A stretch of 64,000 bases of DNA, taken from the IMG/VR virus record IMGVR_UViG_3300021387_000661, positions 32,001 through 96,000 of that record; one strand, given 5' to 3'. Position numbers and translations under genes: made by a program. The stretch is from a virus. Lineage: Duplodnaviria; Caudoviricetes. Below are positions 10,284 through 20,766 of this stretch, one piece after another; within the stretch, counting starts at the first letter, position 1, and every line of letters begins with the position of its first letter. A model generated the notes under the pieces. That model saw only the letters and a list, made by a program, of their open reading frames with translations. It searched no databases and was not told where the DNA came from.

Positions 10284-11195
10284 TTAATATACTATATTTA
10301 TGTCATTAAGTCCAAGTGCCTTTAGTAATAAGAAACCTAGATATTGTGTACCTGATAGACTACTCATTATATACACACTATCTACAGAATTTTCAGAGTT
10401 AAACATATATATTTCCATACTTCCATCATCAATACCTCTTGAAAATCCAGCAACATTACATATGTTTTGATAATATGTATATTCTTCTGAATTATTGTAG
10501 CGACTAAATCCCATTCCACAATAATCATCACCATGATATACTCTTACATTATCAGGTTGTTCTGAAAGACCAAGAAAATGTCTGTATTCATGTACATATG
10601 CACCTAAATTTTCATATTGATTACCCATATGTATGACACCCTTAAAACTGGTATCTGCCCCGGAACCAATACTATTTCCACCATATTGTATTGATGTTTT
10701 GAATTTTCCATCTGTATTGGTCATAGGTGATTTACTTCTGGTATTAGTGACTGTATAATCATAACCAACTGCTCTCATACAATCAATGAATGAACTTACT
10801 TTATTTCTAAATACTGTTTCATCTGGACAACCTGAAGTACTTGTGATATCCAAAGTGAATTGATTTTGTTCACTTATCAATGAACAGGTAGTAAATGTTT
10901 TTACAGGAGTTTCAAGATTCTCTATACTCTCATCTCCTTCTGTAACTTGAAGTTTTATTTTATATTTTGTGTTAGGTTGTAATCCATCCAAGTCATAAAA
11001 TAATGGACCATAACCATAAAGATTTCCAGTGATATTGTGTCCTTCCTCACAATACATTTCTTCAGTATATGTATATGTTGAAGCAGAAGAGATTTTATAA
11101 CCCAATCTCCACTTTGTTAAAGTATCATTGACATATGCATTTATCTTTATTCTGATAACAGCACATGTTGCTCCAGGTATAATTGAAATGTCCAT
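10284..11195 (-). CDS. FN3-like domain plus putative zincin metalloprotease
   Basis: LDGLQPNTKYKIKL FN3 signature, HEYRHFLGL (HExxH) motif. Confidence 0.6.
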   Translation of the reverse strand: MDISIIPGATCAVIRIKINAYVNDTLTKWRLGYKISSASTYTYTEEMYCEEGHNITGNLYGYGPLFYDLDGLQPNTKYKIKLQVTEGDESIENLETPVKTFTTCSLISEQNQFTLDITSTSGCPDETVFRNKVSSFIDCMRAVGYDYTVTNTRSKSPMTNTDGKFKTSIQYGGNSIGSGADTSFKGVIHMGNQYENLGAYVHEYRHFLGLSEQPDNVRVYHGDDYCGMGFSRYNNSEEYTYYQNICNVAGFSRGIDDGSMEIYMFNSENSVDSVYIMSSLSGTQYLGFLLLKALGLNDINIVY

Positions 11196-11202
11196 TACCG
11201 AA

Positions 11203-14200
11203 TTAATTTATTGTTATCTTAAATGTTTGTGATGATGAATTGTAGTAAAGTATTCTATTATTACCCCATTGACCTTCTTGACCAGTTATGATTTCATCAT
11301 TTGCTGTTTTAACAGTAATTTGGTTTTGTATATCAGTGGATAAAAATACTAAATAACTTTTTCCAGTTAATGTGTATTCTGTACCAGATGGTTTAGATAA
11401 ATCTATTATGGATAATAGAGTTGGATTTCTCTTATCATAGTAATATGAATAATTAGTATCTATACCACTTAGTGTTTTATTAGGACTCATTAGAGCAAAT
11501 CTTAAGCTGGATGATTCTTGTAATATTGAACACATAAATTCTCTTTCATAAGAGTCAATATAACTTGTTAGATTATCATCACCATCATATGCTGATGATA
11601 ATCTAACAACACCAAACTTTAATCTATTTGTTGTGTTTTTTGCTATTGAATAACTTAATGTTGATTCCAATCTTCCAATTGTTAAACTTATATCATTTGG
11701 TATCATTGTATTGGTATCAAAAGTGTAGTTGTTACCATTTGCATAATTCTTGTGACAAGTATATGTTCTTTGTACAGCTGGATAATCATGGTATATATCA
11801 TAATAATAAACTCTGTTTCCACTTATGGATACTGCTCCATCTGCAAGTCCACATAAAGTAAATGATGTATTAATTGATTCATTTTTATATGGAATGAGTT
11901 GGACACAAGCAAATGAGTAATTAGAAACAGTTCTTACTCTACTGGTATGTTGTACTCCAGTTCTTCCATATACATCAAAAGTAACATTATTATTTGCATT
12001 TGAACTACTTATTGTAAATGTACCATGTGCAACAGAAAGTTTGCCAGTAGTATATCCATCTTTATTGCATAGAATAATAGAATATTGATAATCATCATTA
12101 TTATCATATATATCAATTTGTTTATCTGCTATTTTTGAAAAATTGTAGTTATATGTATTTTGATGGTTAGATATATTAACAGTATAATCTATTTGTTTAT
12201 TTGCAGAATTTTTAATAATAATTGGGAAACCACCAGACTCTGATTGTAAATCTGGATAACTATATGTTTCTTTTATTACAAGAGGTTCAGCAGATATTTC
12301 AACATTTTCATCTTCATATGTTATGTCACCTTCAACATCAACAGGAACTTCATCTGGGGTGAGGTTTATATCACCTATAACATCAACAGTTACTTCATCT
12401 GGAGTGAGGGTTATGTCACCTTCAACATCAACAGTTACTTCATCTGGGGTGAAAGTTATATCACCTATAACATCAACTGGTACTTTATCTGTGACAAGGG
12501 TTATGTTACCTATAACATCAACAGGTACTTCATCTGGGGTGAGAGTTATAGTACCTTCAATATCAACAGGCACTTCAATTCTTTCATCCAGTTCAAGAGA
12601 TATTGTTGCAGTTGGATTGTTGAAGGAAAGAGGAACTATTTGATTCTTATATCCATTTTTAGATATAACTGCCCAAACATAATCTTCACCTGTGAATAAG
12701 GGGTCGGTTGATATTGACCCCCCAATAAGTTGAGTACAATTTTCATCTTTATACCAGGAAATATAGGCAATAATACTGGAATCTGTCAAATTTATCCTAT
12801 AGGTGTGTTGAATTATTGTAACATTAACTTCAGTATGTTCAGGAGTTAGATGAGCATATTCTGGTTCTACTCTACATCCTGTACAATCTATTTTTATCCA
12901 TACATTTTCAAGAGGTGTTGTTATTGTTGTTGCTCCACCTGTACCTTCTATAGGTTGAGACATATTTTCATCCTTAAACCAACCAATACTACACATACCA
13001 GCATAATAAGATATATCAGATATGTTCACTTTATATGTATATGTAGGTACATCATCTTCATATGTTATATTACCTTCAACATTAACAGGTACATCATCTG
13101 GAGTAAGGGTTATGTTACCTACAACATCAACAGGTGTTTCATCCAGGGTGAGGGTTATATCACCCATAACATCAACAGGTGTTTCATCTGGGGCGATGGT
13201 TATATTACCTATAACATTAACAGGTACTTTATCTGTGATGAGGGTTATGTCGCCTACAACATCAACAGGTATTTCATCTGGAGTAAGAGAAATGGTTCCT
13301 ATAATGTCAACATAAACATCTGTATTAGGTTTGGGTTTTCTTTCTATTGGGGATTGAGTCCTTAATTCATTAAGATATTGTGTTTCATTCAATAATTCTT
13401 GTTCACTAATGAAATCATAGTCTTTTTTGAATGATTGATAAAGTTTATAATTTGCAGATTTGCTGACCACTATGATATTTCGTGAAATACTGTATTTGTT
13501 GCCTAATTTATCATCAAGTTCCAGTGTGACCGTATATTCACCTTCTTTTTTCAACAAGAGGGTGAGATATCTTTTTCCAACAAATTCTAATGTATTACTT
13601 TCTTTGGGTAAGCTATTGTTTTTAATAGTCCATTTAGGATTTATTTTACTTGAAATTTTACTGTATTCATATCCAAGCAGAAACCAGGTGTAAGGTTTTA
13701 CATCTACACCATTTTTAATATATCTTGTGTATTTTACAAAAGGTTTTAATTCTGCTGATTCATATGATATATTATCTGCAAGATACCATTCATTTTCAAT
13801 ATTATTCACATAATATGGTCCAGGATGTATCAATTTACCATCAGAACTATAATAAGGCATGGAGGCATCATCTTCTATGTTTTTTGTTGTTCTTTCTCCT
13901 GTTGCCCAACTGTGCATACTGGTTATATTTTTCTGGATGAAATCATACATACCTTCATCCATTTCAGAACTTATCTTTTCAGGAATTTTTCTGGTATCAT
14001 AATAAAAACCAATCAGATTTATCTCATATGGTTCTACTTTCAAGAATTTAGTAAATGTCTTTGATTGAATAATTTTTTCATTTTCATCCTCCAGGTCTAC
14101 AGTTACATCATAGTATCCTATAAATGGGACCTGAATAAAAAACTGGTTGTATTCAGAAATGCTTTTATGTTCTACCCAAAATCTGTCTTTTATGTCTTTA

Positions 14201-15933
14201 AACATTTGGTCACTTTCAAATAAACCATATGTTGAAGCATTTTCTAAATCATGGTATTCATATTTTTTTACTATACCTATTTTTCTTAAGTCATCATCAT
14301 ATTGGTTTTCATCTTTTGACATTGTGACCTTCCAGGAAATTTTGGTAGGTGCATTATCATTGTTGTAGTCCCATTTGTTGTTTTCCATCATAATACGGTC
14401 AAATGTTTTATTGATTAAAACAAATTTACCACCGAATCTGATATATGGGTTTTTTGTATAGTCATACTCATTACTTTCATATGGATAATCATCATTATAA
14501 TTCAATTTATTATCCTCATAGTATTCTTTAAAAACTTTATAATATTCACAAATATCATTATTTTTGTTTTTTATTGTGGTATTTAATATATCCAATAATA
14601 CTGTATTTGTGCTGTCATCTGAAATTTCAGATAAATATGTGTCAGATATATCTGACAACACCTGATTCCTGAATTCTGATGAATTTTCATATATTTCAGG
14701 ATATAAATATTTAGCAAAGAATGTGTTGTCAGTTATGTGTGTATATTGACTTGGTGCAACATCAATACATATAGGTAATGTATTGGTATTTGATGTTTGA
14801 CCTCCTGATATGTGGAGTGTAGATAGTTTATGAAGTCCAAAATAATTACCTTCACCGATAATATCAACAATCTTACTACTACCAGGCATAAACTCCTTGT
14901 CCAGTTTTTTCTTCAGTGCAAAGAGTTTCACAAGGACTTCTTCAAGGGTGTATGCGAATGCTTCCCTTACTTCAGGTAACCCCCAATCATTATTTTCCCC
15001 GGTTAGTTCATTGATGTTATATACAAGTGCCAAAGAATTGATTTTCTTATAATCCTTATTGGGTACAACAATGTTCCTGGCACCAATTCTTATGGTTTCC
15101 TTGTTCTTGAGACTGTATTTTGAACTATGATATATTTTTCCAAAGTTTATATCATCTGGATTGACATTTTTCCAATATTCAATGATGTTGAGATTTTCAT
15201 AACCAAAGAATTTGATGGCATTTATAATGGCTTTATATGAACCTATATATGGATATATGTTACTTCCTTCAAGAATCAACTCCTTTCTTTTTTCATTAAG
15301 GAGGATGTAATCAGGTTTGTATTCATGTATGTCACTCCTGTTAAATATTATTTCATCTTCAGGAGTTATGTTGTATCCAAGGTTGGAGTTCCATATGGTC
15401 AATCTTTCATCTTCCTCAACTGTTTCGGCATAGAATTTGATTTTTGCAAAGACAGAACCATTATAATACATAAAGAGAGTCCTGTTATATGTTGTTGCAT
15501 CATACTTCTCATTTGCTATAAATCCTATATGAACAGGAATAACTTCATTTTTCAATACTTTATCAAGAGGAATCTCATATGTATCAAATGTGTTTATAAG
15601 AAGGGTTTCACAATCCGGACCATCATTGGGTGTGTAAACAAGTGATGATTCTTCATTTGATTTATAATCCTCATCAAATGTAAACATAAAAAATTCATCC
15701 ACAAACTTATTGAGCAAATCCCATTTGAAGACTATCTTTTCATTATTGTTTTGCCCAATAGGTCTATAGAATAAATTATTTATCTTTTCAAGAATATATA
15801 TTGTGGTGTTTGCATAAAGGCCAACACTTACTTTAGGAAGATAGATATTACCTTCCCAATAACCAGAATCATTCAATTCAAAGTTAAGATTGTAACCATT
15901 GTAATCAAAAAACTGTAAATTCCGAATATTCAT
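11203..15933 (-). CDS. Large baseplate wedge / virion structural protein with internal repeats
   Basis: 1576 aa downstream of the gp6-like gene. YIGSYKAIINAIKFFGY is a wedge-type motif, followed by a PKD-like segment and a variable C-terminus. Confidence 0.7.
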   Translation of the reverse strand: MNIRNLQFFDYNGYNLNFELNDSGYWEGNIYLPKVSVGLYANTTIYILEKINNLFYRPIGQNNNEKIVFKWDLLNKFVDEFFMFTFDEDYKSNEESSLVYTPNDGPDCETLLINTFDTYEIPLDKVLKNEVIPVHIGFIANEKYDATTYNRTLFMYYNGSVFAKIKFYAETVEEDERLTIWNSNLGYNITPEDEIIFNRSDIHEYKPDYILLNEKRKELILEGSNIYPYIGSYKAIINAIKFFGYENLNIIEYWKNVNPDDINFGKIYHSSKYSLKNKETIRIGARNIVVPNKDYKKINSLALVYNINELTGENNDWGLPEVREAFAYTLEEVLVKLFALKKKLDKEFMPGSSKIVDIIGEGNYFGLHKLSTLHISGGQTSNTNTLPICIDVAPSQYTHITDNTFFAKYLYPEIYENSSEFRNQVLSDISDTYLSEISDDSTNTVLLDILNTTIKNKNNDICEYYKVFKEYYEDNKLNYNDDYPYESNEYDYTKNPYIRFGGKFVLINKTFDRIMMENNKWDYNNDNAPTKISWKVTMSKDENQYDDDLRKIGIVKKYEYHDLENASTYGLFESDQMFKDIKDRFWVEHKSISEYNQFFIQVPFIGYYDVTVDLEDENEKIIQSKTFTKFLKVEPYEINLIGFYYDTRKIPEKISSEMDEGMYDFIQKNITSMHSWATGERTTKNIEDDASMPYYSSDGKLIHPGPYYVNNIENEWYLADNISYESAELKPFVKYTRYIKNGVDVKPYTWFLLGYEYSKISSKINPKWTIKNNSLPKESNTLEFVGKRYLTLLLKKEGEYTVTLELDDKLGNKYSISRNIIVVSKSANYKLYQSFKKDYDFISEQELLNETQYLNELRTQSPIERKPKPNTDVYVDIIGTISLTPDEIPVDVVGDITLITDKVPVNVIGNITIAPDETPVDVMGDITLTLDETPVDVVGNITLTPDDVPVNVEGNITYEDDVPTYTYKVNISDISYYAGMCSIGWFKDENMSQPIEGTGGATTITTPLENVWIKIDCTGCRVEPEYAHLTPEHTEVNVTIIQHTYRINLTDSSIIAYISWYKDENCTQLIGGSISTDPLFTGEDYVWAVISKNGYKNQIVPLSFNNPTATISLELDERIEVPVDIEGTITLTPDEVPVDVIGNITLVTDKVPVDVIGDITFTPDEVTVDVEGDITLTPDEVTVDVIGDINLTPDEVPVDVEGDITYEDENVEISAEPLVIKETYSYPDLQSESGGFPIIIKNSANKQIDYTVNISNHQNTYNYNFSKIADKQIDIYDNNDDYQYSIILCNKDGYTTGKLSVAHGTFTISSSNANNNVTFDVYGRTGVQHTSRVRTVSNYSFACVQLIPYKNESINTSFTLCGLADGAVSISGNRVYYYDIYHDYPAVQRTYTCHKNYANGNNYTFDTNTMIPNDISLTIGRLESTLSYSIAKNTTNRLKFGVVRLSSAYDGDDNLTSYIDSYEREFMCSILQESSSLRFALMSPNKTLSGIDTNYSYYYDKRNPTLLSIIDLSKPSGTEYTLTGKSYLVFLSTDIQNQITVKTANDEIITGQEGQWGNNRILYYNSSSQTFKITIN
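12308..12580 (-). repeat. Six 45-bp / 15-aa tandem repeats (DEVPVDVIGDITLTP), block 2
   Basis: Directly visible in DNA and protein. Confidence 0.9.
13050..13320 (-). repeat. Six 45-bp / 15-aa tandem repeats (DETPVDVVGNITLTP), block 1
   Basis: Directly visible in DNA and protein. Confidence 0.9.
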
Positions 15934-16217
15934 TAGTCAATCCTTTTATAGTCTTTTCTGACAGCATAATTGTTGAAGTTTCTTAAATACTTCACACTGT
16001 TGATGAGATGAGACATAAGTCTATTTAAGTATGGAAAAAATAGTCTTATGTTTGGATTCTTCTGAAGATACTTACTGGTGTTGTCCTCCATTAATGTTTC
16101 TTCATATTTATAACCCTCATTCTTTGTCTCCCATCTACTTTCATTAATTTTATCATAGATGGAATCAAAGCCTTTATATTTGATGATGTTTAAATCTGTA
16201 TTTTTAGATGTGTCCAT
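15933..16217 (-). CDS. Small baseplate-operon protein
   Basis: 94-aa ORF coupled between wedge genes. Confidence 0.65.
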   Translation of the reverse strand: MDTSKNTDLNIIKYKGFDSIYDKINESRWETKNEGYKYEETLMEDNTSKYLQKNPNIRLFFPYLNRLMSHLINSVKYLRNFNNYAVRKDYKRID

Positions 16218-16220
16218 TTG

Positions 16221-17990
16221 TTAAGAGTTGTTTTTTAAGAGAGTATTAAGTTTTCTCTGCATACTGAGATTGTATGATGAACTGTCAACCTTATCAACAA
16301 AGAAGATGTTGAGCGGACCCAGTTTACCATCCTCTGGGGTTTCAGTATAGTAATTACCATCCCTGTCCTTCCATCCACCTTTTGGTATGAATATTTCATA
16401 TTCATTTATCTTCAGATTACCAAAGTCATCAAAACCTACCCTTGGGTCTTCGTCATATCCAACCGCAACTCTCTTTTGCTTTTCCTTGAATTCGAGGCCG
16501 GTCCAGGACATTTCATTGGTATAATAATATCCATTTATTATCGCCTTTTCATTCTCTTCATTGACAAAGAATACATCACAGGTATCAACACCATCAACAC
16601 CCTCAACAAGAGAAATAATATCAGAAAGAGGAACAATGTCATTCCTGTTTATGTTGAGAAAATATTTGTTGAGCAATGAACGGATACTTGACTTAATCTG
16701 TACCTTGTCAATATCCTCAAAATATCTGACAATGATATTAATCACATATCTCTTCACCGTAGGATCAACAATGTCCACTTCTGCATTGACCAACATTCGT
16801 CCTGAATTCTCCAGGGCATTTATTATTGATTGTTTTTCATAATCACTTAACAAGAATTCTTTTGCGGGGAGTTCAAAGAAGTCTTGGCTGTTTGAGAGTT
16901 TCTTTTTGATGTTTGGTATTATTTTCAAATAAACAATGTTATCATCAAATGTGTTTTCATCCTCTTTGGTATTATATGCATAGATGAATGAATACTGATT
17001 GTATTTAGAAAGATAACTTACATAGTTTTCAGGGGTTGCCAATACAAATGATTTACTTGCTTTAGGAGCAATGAGTTTTGTGAATTCAGGATCCTCAAAG
17101 TCACAACCAAGCATAGGAGGAGCAATGGTTTCAATGGTGAGTACATCATTGAGATTCACCTCATTTCCATATTCATCAACACCGGGATCATCAAAGATAT
17201 ATGTTAAATGTGTTGAATCTGCATTACCCTTGTAACCATCTGTTTTAATATATATTACTTCTATCATTGCCCCTGCTGGTGGAATTTTACCAAATTCACC
17301 ATTACCAAAGAAAATGGAAAGACCCACATTGACAGAAGATTTTACTATAAAGCATTCTGAACTTTCATATTCATCATCAGCAGGCATGTCATACAGACTC
17401 TCAACCCTTTTCCAAGGTTTACCATTCACAAGTACAGATACATTGTCATTGTCTGTCATTGATTTGACAATGGGGTTGAATGATTGAAGGGGAGTTCCAT
17501 CTGATGTGAATGTCTGACTTTCAACTTCACCCTGGGTGAAGTTGACATTTATAAAGTTATTGTCAGAAGTGTTGAGACGGATATATTCAGAAGGGAGATT
17601 CAAGAAATAAGTACACCCTGTCTCGGCTATGGTGAATTTTGAAAAGTTATTAATGGTGATATAATTACCCTCAATGAGATCTGTTGATGTGTTGAGCTTC
17701 AATGCCAACATACCATAAGCACTTCCACCCCTGTATGCATTATGTCCTGTCATCTGTGCAAGACCATATATAGTTTCCACATTCTGGGCTGTCCTTATGT
17801 TGAGCTCTTCTGCTGTGTGGGCAATATATGTGAATATGAGTTCAGCAATATTGGCTATTACTGTCAAAAGTTGTCCAAACGGAGATGCTGCCGTGAACAC
17901 GTGGATTGTCTGATTATATTTAGACTGTAAGAAAGATACAGCCTGTTCCATCAGTTCACTTGCCTTGAGTCTAGTTTTGGATAAAAACAT
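16221..17990 (-). CDS. gp6: Baseplate wedge subunit (T4 gp6-like)
   Basis: IFFGNGEFGKIPPAGAMIEVIY...DG..GN motif, adjacent to gp25-like gene. Confidence 0.85.
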   Translation of the reverse strand: MFLSKTRLKASELMEQAVSFLQSKYNQTIHVFTAASPFGQLLTVIANIAELIFTYIAHTAEELNIRTAQNVETIYGLAQMTGHNAYRGGSAYGMLALKLNTSTDLIEGNYITINNFSKFTIAETGCTYFLNLPSEYIRLNTSDNNFINVNFTQGEVESQTFTSDGTPLQSFNPIVKSMTDNDNVSVLVNGKPWKRVESLYDMPADDEYESSECFIVKSSVNVGLSIFFGNGEFGKIPPAGAMIEVIYIKTDGYKGNADSTHLTYIFDDPGVDEYGNEVNLNDVLTIETIAPPMLGCDFEDPEFTKLIAPKASKSFVLATPENYVSYLSKYNQYSFIYAYNTKEDENTFDDNIVYLKIIPNIKKKLSNSQDFFELPAKEFLLSDYEKQSIINALENSGRMLVNAEVDIVDPTVKRYVINIIVRYFEDIDKVQIKSSIRSLLNKYFLNINRNDIVPLSDIISLVEGVDGVDTCDVFFVNEENEKAIINGYYYTNEMSWTGLEFKEKQKRVAVGYDEDPRVGFDDFGNLKINEYEIFIPKGGWKDRDGNYYTETPEDGKLGPLNIFFVDKVDSSSYNLSMQRKLNTLLKNNS

Positions 17991-18009
17991 ATATCTATGA
18001 TTTTTATTA

Positions 18010-18369
18010 TTATACTAAATAAGATGAAATTTTTTTATTATTTATTATAAGATCTACGATCATTGCCACATTCAAATCCCATTTTACAAATTGAACATCT
18101 ACATCTACATTATATGATCCATCAAGATAAATGAAAGACCTTATTTGTTCCATTATTACCTGTTTGATGTATTGTTCATTGTATGTTGTCTCAAAGAGGT
18201 ATTTACCCAGATTACATCCGAATTCAGGCATACAAAGGACATCACCTTTATTGGTGAACAAAATCATATCAACCTGCTGGATGATTTCATCAAGTTCACC
18301 AGTTATTTCAAGAATACCTTCTTTATATCTTGGTTCCTCCTCGGGAATTGCATAAATATCTCTTAACAT
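18010..18369 (-). CDS. gp25: Baseplate wedge subunit, gp25/GPW family
   Basis: ILFTNKGDVLCMPEFGCNLGKYLFE. Confidence 0.88.
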   Translation of the reverse strand: MLRDIYAIPEEEPRYKEGILEITGELDEIIQQVDMILFTNKGDVLCMPEFGCNLGKYLFETTYNEQYIKQVIMEQIRSFIYLDGSYNVDVDVQFVKWDLNVAMIVDLIINNKKISSYLV

Positions 18370-19655
18370 TATTGAATTTCATTTACATTTGTTTTTTCAA
18401 CGTCATCATCTATCTCCGCCATTGATGTAATGACGGTGGTATCCTTTAATGAACCACCCTTCATAATACCACCCATCTTACCGAGAGCTCCGGAAACCCT
18501 ACAATCTTTTAATTTGATGTTTCTACTTATAAATGAATCTATAAATCTACTATCCTTACAATCTGCATATCCAAAAAGGTTACACTTGGTAACAGAAGAT
18601 TTTTCAATATTAGTATCATAAATGTCACAATTCCTGATTGTACAATTGATGAGTTCACTGTCAACAATATCAACCCCATTGAAATGATAACATTTCCGTA
18701 CTTCAAGATTCTTTAATTGAAGTCTGGATAAATCAGAATCATAGTTGATTTCCGCCTCTTTTATATCATTCTTGATGACAATGTCAAAGAGTTTGTCCTT
18801 GATGGCAGGGAAGATGATGTCAATGTCCATATTGTCATTGTTCAAGTCTTTTGTGAGCTTAATCTTCTTATATTGTCCCTTGAAACTTTCATAACAACTA
18901 AATGATCCAAAAATGGTTTTATATTCATCATCAAGTTTTTCAATCTTCTTCACCTCCTCATCTGTGAAATCATAAGACATACTTGTGTTGTAGAGAGTGA
19001 TTACCGTGTGGTTGATACATTTAAGAATCTCTTCCCATTTACCCCTGTAATCAATTTCTTGAGCATATTTGAATATGATGTAACCAAGTTTGATGGTAGA
19101 AAAGTCAATACCATAGATGTCTTCATCATCCATATATTTCAAACCATCCAACCTTTTTTTAATGGTTTCGGCACAAGATTCTAAATCCAATGGTTTGATG
19201 TCTGTTAATTTTTCAAAGTTACCATCCAATGTCAAATCACCAAGATGTTTTAAAACATAATCCTCATTGAACTCCAAAACAAATTTCATTACATTAATCT
19301 GATTGATGTCACAGAATCCATCATTGAAACCGATTCTGAAATAAAGATATGAGTTCTTTTCATCCTTCAGACCTTTCAATAGTTCAAGGATTTTAGGAAG
19401 AACAAACAGTGCTTCATAGTAACTGTACTGTGGAGTCTTTACAATACAGTATTTACCATCCTGGATGAGAACAGCATTGTGTTCTGTTGGTTCAAGGAGC
19501 TTATATTTGATGTTGGAAAAGTTTACATCTCTGTTGAGAATATCTTTGAGTTTTCCTAATAATACATTTTCATCATCTTTGAACTGACCCCTGAATTCAA
19601 AACCAAGTAAGGAGTTTCCTGTAATGTGGTCATTCTGGAATAAATTATTGTTCAT
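18369..19655 (-). CDS. Degenerate amidoligase-fold protein with C-terminal beta-helix
   Basis: GFEFR resembles amidoligase GFEFE, C-terminal short repeats (INCTI, RNCDI, KDCRV). Confidence 0.45.
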   Translation of the reverse strand: MNNNLFQNDHITGNSLLGFEFRGQFKDDENVLLGKLKDILNRDVNFSNIKYKLLEPTEHNAVLIQDGKYCIVKTPQYSYYEALFVLPKILELLKGLKDEKNSYLYFRIGFNDGFCDINQINVMKFVLEFNEDYVLKHLGDLTLDGNFEKLTDIKPLDLESCAETIKKRLDGLKYMDDEDIYGIDFSTIKLGYIIFKYAQEIDYRGKWEEILKCINHTVITLYNTSMSYDFTDEEVKKIEKLDDEYKTIFGSFSCYESFKGQYKKIKLTKDLNNDNMDIDIIFPAIKDKLFDIVIKNDIKEAEINYDSDLSRLQLKNLEVRKCYHFNGVDIVDSELINCTIRNCDIYDTNIEKSSVTKCNLFGYADCKDSRFIDSFISRNIKLKDCRVSGALGKMGGIMKGGSLKDTTVITSMAEIDDDVEKTNVNEIQ

Positions 19656-19685
19656 AAAGTATATACTATTATATAGGTATTTATG

Positions 19686-19716
19686 AAAAAAGGAGTGTCT
19701 TGTGTGACACTCCCTT
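19686..19716 (-). terminator. Terminator after the sigma gene, fused to a late promoter
   Basis: GGAGTGTC...GACACTCC stem with A-run, TATTTATG at 19678. Confidence 0.75.
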
Positions 19717-19720
19717 GGAA

Positions 19721-20410
19721 TTAAAGATTGTATAAATCAAATGGTCTTCCATTTTCATCAAGACAAGATATGGAAATTGTACCATTGTATTTTTTGGGAT
19801 GAAGAATCCTGTGTGCCCCGGCAATACCAAAGTATGCGATTTGCGAACAAAATGCAAAAGCACTGTAAGGTCTTCCATTGACATCAACAGGTTCATACTT
19901 CCAAAAACAAGAACAGAGATCCAGGACAGCATTGGCCTTACAATCTTCACCATCATCAGGGTTAGACCAGTAGAAACTTCTTGCAATGTTTTCTACAATG
20001 AGTTGGAACATTTTTGCCAGTTTATCACTGACAACAGGTTTTCTCATTTGTATTTCAAGTGATGTTGCTTCCTCCCTGGTCAATTCACCTTCTTTGATAA
20101 GTTCTTCAATGTCAAGTTTTTCATACTCCCTCACCTTACGGATCCAATATGATCTCTCTGGCATATAACCATTCTTGATGGCAAGGTCATACTTTTCTTT
20201 TAATTCATTGTCATTGCTTTCAAAAAGGTAACCAATCTTTAGGATTTTTGAATTATCTTCTTCCACGTCTGATTCTGAATTGCCATTATCATATTGTGGG
20301 AGATTTGAATCAAACCCATAGGATACTGCTTTTTCATATCCATCAGTTATACATTTAAGGATCTCTTCTCTTAATTCCGCATTACTTAAATAATTTTTCT
20401 TTTTTGACAT
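19721..20410 (-). CDS. gp55: Late-transcription sigma factor (T4 gp55-like)
   Basis: NYLSNAEL N-terminus, KMFQLIVENIA, and AFAFCSQIAY (cf. NPFAYFTQI). Contains an insertion relative to gp55. Confidence 0.8.
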   Translation of the reverse strand: MSKKKNYLSNAELREEILKCITDGYEKAVSYGFDSNLPQYDNGNSESDVEEDNSKILKIGYLFESNDNELKEKYDLAIKNGYMPERSYWIRKVREYEKLDIEELIKEGELTREEATSLEIQMRKPVVSDKLAKMFQLIVENIARSFYWSNPDDGEDCKANAVLDLCSCFWKYEPVDVNGRPYSAFAFCSQIAYFGIAGAHRILHPKKYNGTISISCLDENGRPFDLYNL

Positions 20411-20488
20411 TTTAAGTAATAGATGTTGTATATATTAAATATAACAAAAGTAAAAATGTGGTGATTTTTTAAATCTCCACATTTTTTA

Positions 20489-20764
20489 TTATATACATAT
20501 TTGTATATTCTTTTTTGCAGTGATGATTTCATCATCATCTTTATAACAGGTGACTAATGATTCATCATCCAATTGACCAATCTCTGTTGCTGAAACCAAT
20601 ACCTTGTCACCTTTTTTTAAACCGTCAACAGGTTCAATGACTTCTGCCTCAACATAACCATTTTTTTTCATCTTTTTCTTGTCATGTTTGAGAAGGTCTG
20701 CATCAGCAGGGTTTTCAAGGAAAGTTTCATTAACAAATTCTTTGAAACTCTTTATCATTCCCAT
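20489..20764 (-). CDS. Small putative head-internal protein
   Basis: N-terminal IKSFKEFVNE, similar to the T4 capsid targeting sequence. Confidence 0.65.
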   Translation of the reverse strand: MGMIKSFKEFVNETFLENPADADLLKHDKKKMKKNGYVEAEVIEPVDGLKKGDKVLVSATEIGQLDDESLVTCYKDDDEIITAKKNIQICI

Positions 20765-20766
20765 AA

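Noticed and set aside
9512-13365. Ser/Thr/Gly-rich plus-strand ORFs (9512-9916, 12323-12643, 13022-13315)
   Set aside because: Shadows of repetitive minus-strand coding sequence
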